From Paraspadella gotoi (lineage: Eukaryota > Animalia > Chaetognatha), in NCBI GenBank assembly GCA_051294375.1, contig CM119268.1, forward strand, positions 18,996,323 to 19,060,322: DNA of 64,000 bases, read 5' to 3'. Shown here piece by piece: positions 54,350 through 64,000 of the stretch. The notes below the pieces were generated by a model. The model searched no databases. It was given only the letters and a program-made list of their open reading frames with translations, and was not told the origin of the DNA. How positions within the stretch are numbered: position 1 is the first letter of the stretch; each line of letters begins with the position of its first letter. Both the position numbers and the translations under genes were made by a program.

Positions 54350-55371
54350 CTTCATGATCACTTAAAAAAATATAAAACAGTGAACGCGGATCGCGAGCTC
54401 TGTTCGATTACAGCTGATGGTGTTTGTATCGAACTCTGTAATTTCTAATTTTTTTTAATCAAAATAAATTAATATCAATGATCGTATACGCGTACAATCG
54501 TAAAATCGTAAAATCTAAGATAACTAACTAATTGTGTCAGTAAAATCGCGTTTTGAATTCACAAATCTTGGCTTATATGTATCTTTTTTACATTTTAAAC
54601 TAAACCAATCCGCGCACTGAAAATTGTCTCGCCGTTCCCAATTTCTAGAAGACTGGCTGCTCAAGAATTTTTCCTGACAACTCGATTCATCAAAATTTAA
54701 AAAAAAACGAGGAAAAATATTACATCGAAAGGAATCTGGACTCACGTCGTTAGTTTTTTCACCATTTTTTAAACTAATTTTGAGAATTTACATATTGTAT
54801 CAATGTAACTTCAAAGTTTTCTCTTTTTTTTTCCAAAAAAATATTTACTTCATTCATCACCTTTTTTTATCAATTTTTTTTTGCATTTCCTATAGAATAG
54901 TTGTACCTAAAGCGGGGCATAACCAATGATTCTTTGTTTATTTTTTTGTATAACCAACTTTTTGTTTAGGCGAAATTTTAAAATATTGGCGCGTCGTTAC
55001 TTGACACAAAATGATAAACAAAGTTCACCTTCAGACTGCTTTGCACTTCATCTCTGACTATCTCTCTCTCTCTCTCGTTAAAAAAGGAACGGGATCTATG
55101 TGTAAACACTGAAAATGTAAACTATGTATATAATTAGTCAATTTTGTAATTTTTTTTCTTTTGTTAATTTATTTACATTTCTTTAAAATGTGTATATACA
55201 TATATATGTACAGCTCATTAACTATTGCATTGTTACTGTGTTAAACTTTCACATTTTGAGCACAATAAATAAAATCAAATCAAATCTCTCTCTCTCTCTC
55301 TTTTTTTTCTTTTTTTTCTCCCCTTTAGCTTTCTCTCTCTCTATCTCACACTCTAATTGCTCTCTCTTTGT

Positions 55372-55587
55372 TTGGCATTTTTTTCCAAAACCGACCAATT
55401 TCTGTTCCTTAATCTCTGATCTTAATCTTAACCATAGTATTTAACCCTAACTTTATTAAAAACTAATGCCTAAATCTAACCTTAAACACTAATCTTAAAC
55501 CCTAATCCCTAATCACTATTCTTAACCCCTAATCCTTAACCCTAATATTTAACCTAATCCCTAACCTCTAACCTAATATTTAAACTT
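55372..55587. repeat. Degenerate (CCCTAA)n tract, probably a related MITE interrupted by the adjacent element
   Basis: TAACCCTAAC/CCCTAATCCCTAA units at 55420-55580, preceded by TIR-like TGGCATTTTTTCCAAAACCGACC. Confidence 0.55.
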
Positions 55588-55789
55588 AAACAAGTTTGAG
55601 CAAACAATGTCTGATCAGATCAGATTATTTAGCGGTAATCAGCTATCCAGATGATAAACTTTACAATTCCTTTACGATTCTATTTAAATTTTATATTCAG
55701 CTCAATCACACAGTTTCCTACCCGTACACAAAATTTTATTCTAATCCAACCATCCAATAACGAGTAATTCGAGATTATTGTTAAGGTGG

Positions 55790-55828
<39 letters not shown>

Positions 55829-55970
55829 GATAACAGTTTTTTTTGCACAATTTATCATAATTCGATGTTCTGACATGATTTAAATGACTGCCTGACAAGG
55901 TTTAGGGGACGGACCGACGGACCGACAAAGTGGATTTTATAGTCGGAATCTGCTAAAATCCGGCTAAAAA
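55588..55970 (-). mobile_element. DINE-1/HINE-like element
   Basis: Minus strand TTTTTAGCCGGAT...ATTCCGACT hairpin, then ATAAAATCCACTTTGTCGGTCCGTCGGTCCGTCC, a (TGTC)n tract, and a CTTGTTT end; same architecture as 47957. Confidence 0.5.
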
Positions 55971-56234
55971 ATAACTTAATTCCGAATTCAGGATAAAATT
56001 TGGAGTTTTGGGTAAATAATGCTATGTTTTTAGCTTTAATAATTTTGGTTAGGCACAAATATTTAGCCCGAGGAAAAAACTAGTCAACGCGTTTATATAA
56101 AAAAAATGAATTTAATTAATTATTAAAATAAAAGAAAAGTCAAAATTTTCAGGAGGAAAAATTGTGTTTGACGATCAAAGGTTTAAATATTCTTGGACGC
56201 GATCTATCAATCAACTAAGAGTAAGTCGGTTAAG

Positions 56235-56287
<53 letters not shown>

Positions 56288-56697
56288 CAATTTCAATTCC
56301 CAAAATCCGATCCAGTTTTGAACTTGTTCCTCGAGTCTTTTCCTTCTATAAAAAAAAGCATCTTGTTAAAAAAAAATTAAAGCGAAACTCTGATAAAAAC
56401 TTATTTATAATTATAAACGTATTAAATCATCGAAGATGAAATCGGAACCAAGAATGGAATTGGATCCGCGACTCGGATGAAATCTCTCTGATTGGATAAA
56501 TCATCATTGAAAGGGACCAATGAAAAGAGAGACTTCATGCCATCGGAAAACGAGCCTGTGTCGATGATCCGTTGTATTGTATAAATTTTGTATTGAATCC
56601 ATTCTGCCTCAAATTCTGACACCGTCTTTGCTTGTGACCTTTCTGAAGAATAAAATCCACTTTCGGTTTCAGGTTGAAATCTCTGTCTACTTAAATG

Positions 56698-56866
<169 letters not shown>

Positions 56867-58294
56867 AAGTCTAAGAAAATTGCAAAAATTCTTGTTTCAC
56901 AATTTTAAGCTTTAGATTTTATAATATTAATTAAACTTATTTATTACAAATTCAATTTTCTTATTTTTTAATTTTTTTTTTAATTTGGTTTTTGATAATC
57001 TATGTTACTCTTATTTATTATTGAAGCTTTTCATTAGGTTTATTCATTTTTCTTTTTCCAACGATTACAAAAACTAAGATGGGGTGGCACCGCGTTGAAT
57101 AATCCTTTTACTTTTTAGTAAATGATCCTTTTTTTTGTCCCTTCGTCTATATGTATATGAAAGAAAATCAAGATAAAAATCGGATCGTTCTTACTGGGCT
57201 CTTAACTAATTTAGAAGTTTTAATTGAGAGAAACGGGGAGGGGAAAGGGCGAAAAGAAATTACAGACTAAAACAGGAGACGAAAGAAAGAAAAAAAAGTA
57301 CAAAGAAACAAACAAAGATATTTATAAACCGAAATATTATTTAAAATAAGATGGCCAAATAGTAGATAAAAAAAAGCAAAACAAAAAAAATTAGAGAAAC
57401 TGAGTGAAAAAGCGCAGAAAACAGAAAATAAAAAATATGACAGAAGTTTATTTCTTACTTTTACTTTATTTCTTATTTACTTCTTTAAGTTTACTTCTTC
57501 TGTCAAGCTCAAATTGCGAGCTGTTTTGTGATTTTATTTTAAAATTCATTATTTCAATTTGTAAAACATTTTTAGCCCAATAGACGGACAATCCAAATGC
57601 TCAGAGCTTCGTTCATTGGCCCGTCATCCTATTCTACGAGTTTTTTCATTTATTTTTCCTCCCACCAGATACTCATTTTTTTCCCGCGCACTTTTTCAAC
57701 TTCAAACATCTTTTTTTTTATATTAAGATATTTCTCTGTTTTGAAGTTTCTCTGACACACGTAAAGGGCAGAACAAGGAACTGAAAACAAATGAAAACAA
57801 AATAAACAACGGGGTCAAATGGTAGTTGAAAACCTTGGGTTTTCGTTACTCTTTCGGTCTATTCATTTGTCCGACCGGCTCTTATTAAGCCATTAATAAA
57901 AACATAATGCCCTGGAAATTCTTTTTCTACCCCTAACTTTTTTTAAAAATCATTCAATTATTTACATAATTTACGTTGTATTCACTTCATTCGCGCTTCT
58001 CCTCTTATCGCTCCAGATTTCCCGCCGATCTCGACATAACTGTCGTCGTTGTTGTTGTCGTTGTTGTAGTTGTTGTCGTTAATGTCTTTTCGAACAGGAA
58101 AATCGCGCGAACGATTTTTCCCTGCCTGCTTCATTTTTTCCCTCTAAACTTCCCAACCCTAATGTCGGTATTACAGTTGGTGGGGTTCGCGGCTTTGGAT
58201 TAATGCGAAAATACTTTTCAAACTTATACTTATATTTACAAAACCTCTCAATCTAATGTCTTCGTCTAGGTCTAGAACTCACCCTAAGACTTAC

Positions 58295-58400
58295 CGCCGA
58301 CGTCGTTCCAACTTTTATCGCAGTCTTCGTCGCTCGAGACGTCCTCGCTCGAGTCGTCGTCGTCGTCGTCGTCTTTTTCGTCTTCACCTATAATATCCTG

Positions 58401-58437
<37 letters not shown>

Positions 58438-58544
58438 TCGGTGTCATTATCGAAAGAGATAAAACAACTAAACTCAACACCGCCAATCGAGTAAAGTCTT
58501 TCGCTCGCAACGGCGACACGATTGTAAACCGATCCGGTTTTTCT
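58295..58544 (-). CDS. Candidate acidic exon RKTGSVYNRVAVASERLYSIGGVEFSCFISFDNDTD...ENQDIIGEDEKDDDDDDDSSEDVSSDEDCDKSWNDVG (alternative acceptor at 58387)
   Basis: 83 stop-free codons ending at consensus donor CG|GTAAGT; absent from the ORF track. Strand ambiguous: a Ser-rich plus-strand exon 58324-58490 also has splice signals. Confidence 0.35.
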
Positions 58545-59896
58545 CTAACTTAATGACTAGAATATTAATTCACTTAATAGTTTCTTGTTTTACGCTTTTT
58601 TCCTCGATGGCGGCTTCTAGTTTTTTTTTTGTCTAACCACTTAAATCAAAACATACATTTTTTTGGGACAATTTATTTTTGGAAGGTAAAAAAATAATGA
58701 TATTTGTAATAAAATAATAATGTCTTTTCAAGAAAATTTGTGAATATTATTTGATAATTTTAGTATTTTTATGACTATTATTTAACTTTTTTTAATCGTG
58801 AACGACCTTAATTGAGATGAAAATAAACCTCTAAGCGTGCATATGAACTTAAAACTTTGCTCATTAGGACGAACCTAAACTTTTTTTTCGTCAAGTGTCA
58901 AGACATAAATAACAAAATTACTAAAAATTCGTCTTTTTTTTTAGAATATGAATGCTTTGATCGGCTGATAAGATACATATATTTTTGAGGACTTTTATGA
59001 CTTTTGAAAAAGAAATCAATATTTGCAGTAAAAATAACCTTTGACTCGGAGGAGTGCCTTCCGTCCCCAAATTTTTGTAATGCTTTAAAGCTTTTGATTA
59101 GTCAAAAAATTACAGATCTCATGAATCCTGAAAATAAACTCATAGTCAAAGACACAATGATAAACCTTTTAATAAAATCGGCATTGAAATATTAAAACGA
59201 AATTGAGCTCGGTTTCGACCCTCGTTTACTCGCAAACATCGAAAAAGTAAGGATTTTGAGCGATTTAAAAATTCTTGGGTTTTACTCACCTTAATTCCTT
59301 TTGTTTGTTATTCCAAGCGACGCTTTACTTTCCCTTGTTTTTTTATCTCTCTCTCATTTTCAATTTCTTCTCTGTGGAAAAAGAGAAAAAAACGGACTTT
59401 TTTCTAATTTCTTTTTGTATTTTTTTTGCTCGCAGGTATAAAAAGAAACACAAACGACCGAGAAGACAAGGAACAAACAACAACAAAAAACAACAACAAC
59501 AAAAACAAAGTCGTCGAAAGCAAAAGAATAAAATGAAATGAAAAGATATAAATAAAAGCAAACCATTACAAGAAAAAAAAAACCATTAAAGCAAAAGTAT
59601 ACAACCAAAATAAATAAATCAACGAAAACAGACCCGTGAAAGAGGGAACGGAAAAATAATTTTAAATCCAGACGTAAAATTAAAAAATCAACAAACAAAC
59701 GATTTATAAAATAATAATCCCTTTAAGGAAATCAACTTAAAGTTGCTCGGGTCGACGCCGCTTAAAAAAAAAAGCGCCTGAACCTGGGAGCCAACCTTTC
59801 CGGCGCTCGTGCTCATAGCGCGCCGGGCGTTTATAATCATATTTATTCGTTTTATTAGGATGTTAATTCATCAATAAAAAAAGAAAAAGAAAAAAA

Positions 59897-60097
59897 ATGT
59901 TGACTGACGATCTTCTCGTCTCCACGTTTCCTTCATTTACTTCCGGCGCCAAAAAATCGGCGCCCTCGCCGGGTGACGTCGACACCGATATCGACGCCGA
60001 TGGTGACGCCAACGCCAACACCAATGGTCGCGTCATCCACGGCAGCGCCAAGATCCTCTCCGGCCACCAACTGAAGTTCCGCAACGCAGTTTTTAAG
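59897..60097 (+). CDS. Candidate first exon MLTDDLLVSTFPSFTSGAKKSAPSPGDVDTDIDADGDANANTNGRVIHGSAKILSGHQLKFRNAVFK
   Basis: AAAAATG start, GC-rich island in an AT-rich background, AAG|GTTTTT donor in phase with 60746; frame and strand are not certain. Confidence 0.35.
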
Positions 60098-60336
60098 GTT
60101 TTTTTTAGACTAAGTACAAATAAAAATGTTTTTCATATTTGTATTTGATTAACACTTTTTATGCCGAAATGGCACTCTCACGTTGTCATATTAACAGTTA
60201 TTTATATGAATAAACAGGAAAAAAAACTTACAAAAAGCGTCTAATTTAACATCGCCATCAAAAATATTAACTAATACACCTGTAGTCGGGCATTGCCTAG
60301 GTTCACCCCGCCTATAAGCAGGACTCTTTCAGTTGT

Positions 60337-60407
60337 GACCCGGTGCTCATTGAGTATAAGCCATCAGCTCATGACCACTAGGTACCGCGTTCAATCCCAA
60401 ACCGGTA
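60337..60407 (+). mobile_element. Degenerate tRNA-like (possibly Met-derived) SINE-type head
   Basis: GGTGCTCATTGAGT (A-box-like), CTCATGA loop and GTTCAATCCC (B-box-like) at tRNA spacing, followed by ~150 bp of GC-richer body. Confidence 0.3.
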
Positions 60408-60745
60408 CCTACCCTGCGGGAAAAGTGAGGACGGCCATAAGCGTGGCAAACCTTTAAGCCTGTTTCCAAGCCCAGGACCCGTTCCATGTCTGCGAGAGGG
60501 GATTATAGAAGTTTCGGATAGTCATCTTCTGCCCACTTTTCGCCTTATCCACACACCCTAGTTTATAAAGAAATCATAAACATAAATAGACAGGCAGACT
60601 GACAGACCGAATGTTGCTGTAAGCTCAAGTCTAAAGGATATATATTAAGTCGAAGAATATGTCTTTGAAACAATACAAATTTTAGAACTTAGATTTCAAA
60701 AATTAATTTTACCATAAAAAATTAAAACGCGCCTAACCCTTAAAG

Positions 60746-60977
60746 ATCGACTGGGATCGACGACGCCGACGACGCCGCGACGACGTCACCGAAGACGGCG
60801 TTAACCGGCGCCACGACACGGCACAGACGATGGACGTCGATTCGACGCCGGTTTGCGTGGCAACGCCGATGGGCGTGGCCACGCCGGTTTCAATTGCTAC
60901 CCCGGAATCGGATCTGAGATTCGACGTCGTGGAATCAATCGTGGAGGAAGAATCGGAGGACGACGGGGGGAGAAGAG
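60746..60977 (+). CDS. Candidate exon IDWDRRRRRRRDDVTEDGVNRRHDTAQTMDVDSTPVCVATPMGVATPVSIATPESDLRFDVVESIVEEESEDDGGRR, unknown protein
   Basis: Branch-like CCTAAC, TAAAG| acceptor, AG|GTGAG donor, 77 stop-free codons, sharp GC-rich island. Confidence 0.5.
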
Positions 60978-61214
60978 GTGAGAGGAGAGGAGGGGAAGAG
61001 GGGGAGAAGGTTGAGAGTTGGGAGAAAGGGAATGAGGAAATGGAAGGAGGAGAGTTGGGATAGAGAGAAGATAGGAAGAGAAATTGGAAAAGGGAGAAAT
61101 AGAGGCTTAAGGGGAAGGTAGAGGGAGAGAGCGAAAAATGTGTGGAGTGGGTTGAGAGAGTAGTAGACATGGGAGACAAGGACAAGGGCAAGGTAAGTGG
61201 AGAGAACAAAAAAG

Positions 61215-62177
61215 GGGTGGAGCAAAATCTGAAGTTGCTATAACAAATAATTTAGCCACAGTATTTGATCATTTCATTTCACTCTCATTTTAAATCCGTG
61301 TATTTTGTTAAATTGATCGAAATACTCCTACCTAGATAATTTGAAAACTCGAGACACTTCATCGATAATGTGATACAAATGTGAACTGCTTGATCTTTAC
61401 ACGTGAAATCAGGGATATCAACTTAAAGAGATAAAAAAGTCTTGAACTTTGTCTAAAAAAAGTCAGACAAGTGACTAGTCGTCGCTTATCTTTGCCGCCG
61501 TAAATGTGTAGTACTCTTCTCTTCTCACTTCGTCTTTAGTCGCCGTCCTANNNNNNNNNNNNNNNNNNNNNNNNNNNNNNNNNNNNNNNNNNNNNNNNNN
61601 NNNNNNNNNNNNNNNNNNNNNNNNNNNNNNNNNNNNNNNNNNNNNNNNNNNNNNNNNNNNNNNNNNNNNNNNNNNNNNNNNNNNNNNNNNNNNNNNNNNN
61701 NNNNNNNNNNNNNNNNNNNNNNNNNNNNNNNNNNNNNNNNNNNNNNNNNNNNNNNNNNNNNNNNNNNNNCTCTTTCCAAACATCAGTCAATTCAATTCGG
61801 TGAGAATATTGAGATTTTTTGATGAAGTTGCAGTCAGGTGAGTTTCCGGGCCAACTTTGAACTTTGAACTTTGATGCCATTTTCCTCATGACATTTTTGA
61901 GTGGTTTTAGCTTTGTNNNNNNNNNNNNNNNNNNNNNNNNNNNNNNNNNNNNNNNNNNNNNNNNNNNNNNNNNNNNNNNNNNNNNNNNNNNNNNNNNNNN
62001 NNNNNNNNNNNNNNNNNNNNNNNNNNNNNNNNNNNNNNNNNNNNNNNNNNNNNNNNNNNNNNNNNNNNNNNNNNNNNNNNNNNNGGCTTGCAGAAGCCTT
62101 ACAATCTTGAATTGCGAGACTATCAACGTCATCGTTGTCACTCTCTGTGGACATGCGAGGCCGCCTGCTTCCAACAG
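61215..62177. repeat. Gapped duplicate of 62185-63006 (includes part of the Tc1 remnant)
   Basis: GCAAAATCTGAAGTTGCT at 61222 and 62191; GGCTTGCAGAAGCCT...CCGCCTGCTTCCAACAG at 62095-62177 and 62881-63006. Confidence 0.85.
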
Positions 62178-62544
62178 CTCGTGTGTGGAGGCAAAATCTG
62201 AAGTTGCTTTATATACAAATAACTTTATGCCACTAGTATTTGTTATCTATTTTCATTTCGTACTACTCATTTTAAATCCGATGTATTTGTTAAATTGATC
62301 GAAAAATACTGCCTACTAGTAGATAATTTGAAAACTCGAGACACTTCATCGATAATGTGAACAAATGTGAACGTGCTTGATCTGGTTACATCGTGAAATC
62401 AGGGATATCCAACTTAAAGAGATTGAACTTTGTCTAAAAAAAAGTCAGACAAGTGACTTAGTCGTCGCTTATCTTTGCCGCCGAAATGTGTGGGTTACTC
62501 TTTCGTCTTCGTCACTGGTCGTCTTTAGTCGCGCGTGCCTGGGT

Positions 62545-63435
62545 AATCTCAATATTCTCAACCTAATTGAATTGAACTGATGTTGGAAAGAGTAATAGTA
62601 GGCGACTGCACTGTCATGGCTTATACTGAAAAAATATCACTTGTTCATCCATTATGACCAACACATTTTTGGATGAAGTTGCTAGTCAGGTGAGTTTCCG
62701 GGCCAACTTTTGAACTGTTGAACTTTGATGGCCATTTTTCCTCATGACATTTTGAGTGGTCGTTTTAGCTTTGTATAACAAGAGGCTCCAGGATCTGTCT
62801 CAATGAAGTTCTGCCCATTCACTGTTCTGAACTTACTGGCAACACTTCCATCTTTCTTCTCCATTTTTTTTCACCAACTGGCTTGCAGAAGCCTACTTAC
62901 NNNNNNNNNNNNNNNNNNNNNNNNNCCTTACAATCTTGAATTGCGAGACTATCCACGTCATCGTTGTCACTCTCAGTGGACATGCGAGGCCGCCTGCTTC
63001 CAACAGTCCAAGGAGTCCAGTTGCTTCAAATTTGTTGACAACTCTGCAGATGGTTGTTAGAGGGAAATTAAACTGACTGGCGATCCTATATCTTGACAAA
63101 CCCCCCTTCCAAAGCTCAACTATCGCAGCTTTCTTTTTGGGGATCAGCTGTTTTGAAGTTTCCATGGTAAAAAAACACAAAAAAACATAAAACAAAGATG
63201 GATAAAAGAATTTTTTCAACAAAAAAATGGAAATTGTAAGACAAAATTTCGATCCTTTTTTTTATTTTAGTACAGCTTTTATGATATTTAGCCTAAAAAC
63301 CTCGTCATGGGCTCGGATGAAAGATATTTGCCTTGGCTTTCAAATGAACTCAAATTTTAATTAATAGAACAACAGACAAGCGAGATAGTAAGGCTAAGGG
63401 GTTCAAAGTTTAAACTGTTTTTGATCAGATCAGTA
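62545..63435 (-). mobile_element. Internally deleted, frameshifted Tc1-family (DD34E-type) transposon remnant
   Basis: N-terminal HTH METSKQLIPKKKAAIVELWKGGLSRYRIASQFNFPLTTICRVVNKFEATG (ATG at 63165); second-D region D-GASCY-KAK-like (~62795-62765); WPGNSPD-NFI (~62705-62670) matching WPxxSPDLNPIE; the first-D region is missing; the outer boundary at 63435 is a guess. Confidence 0.85.
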
Positions 63436-63826
63436 GTTGAAAGAAAGTACACAAGTTCTTAAAAGTAATTTAATAAAGCAACCGCCGGGTTTCCTGTGAT
63501 GCCCATTTGGATGGGGTATCTCACCGTTTGGTTTTGGAGCTTCCGACGCTTCCTGTCACTGGCGCGGTTACCCGAGGACGGTCTCCCTTTGCCAACGCAG
63601 AGGGAAGTGGTTCGGACTGTGGATGGAACTCAACGCTTGGGATGGTGTGTTCCGTCTCTGAGCTCATGGGATTGGCTGAACGATGACGGACGTGAGGCGG
63701 TGTGAAAATACCGCCTCATTATCCTGATTAAAATCTTGATAAGGTTTGGCATTAATTGAAAGGTCGTGTAGAATATAATTTCAAATAATTTTACTATTCT
63801 ACTTTCTCACCACTCTCTCTTCTCTC

Positions 63827-63876
<50 letters not shown>

Positions 63877-64000
63877 CCGCTTTCTCTCTCTCCCAGTCTT
63901 CTTTGCCCTACATTGCCCTACATCTATGAACCGGTCATTTATCTGTAGTCAGGCCCTGTAACTCGCTAAAGCCGCGATGAATGATGTTGCTTTTTAAGTT

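Noticed and set aside
55420-55580. True telomere or chromosome-fusion site
   Set aside because: Short, highly degenerate and associated with MITE-like ends.
63496-63705. 69-aa ORF as the next exon of the 60746 gene
   Set aside because: Its 5' part matches a dispersed repeat at 16752-16812 and it lacks convincing splice signals.

Overview
Eukaryotic (probably invertebrate animal) AT-rich, microsatellite-saturated scaffold. Almost all ORFs in the track are translations of (GA)n, (GAC)n or other low-complexity DNA, or run through N gaps. The assembly has been patched with error-rich long reads: there are seven gaps of exactly 25 N and at least five tandem near-copies differing mostly by small insertions (about 0.2-1.6 vs 4.6-6.9 kb; 7.3-9.0 vs 9.1-10.7 kb; 21.6-24.3 vs 24.3-30.8 kb; 40.6-43.6 vs 43.6-47.1 kb; 61.2-62.2 vs 62.2-63.0 kb). 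These pairs expose probable allelic differences: a 2.1-kb 5'-truncated LINE inside a (TC)n tract, a 1.5-kb TIR element with an apparent 4-bp TSD, a repeat copy-number difference and two small inversions. Other recognisable content: an internally deleted Tc1 transposase, DINE-1/HINE-like elements, several MITEs (one family carrying degenerate TTAGGG repeats), tRNA-like SINE heads, a CCA-bearing 3' half of tRNA-Leu, minisatellites and a few unassigned candidate exons. I see no prokaryotic-type system, no CRISPR array and no host gene I can name.
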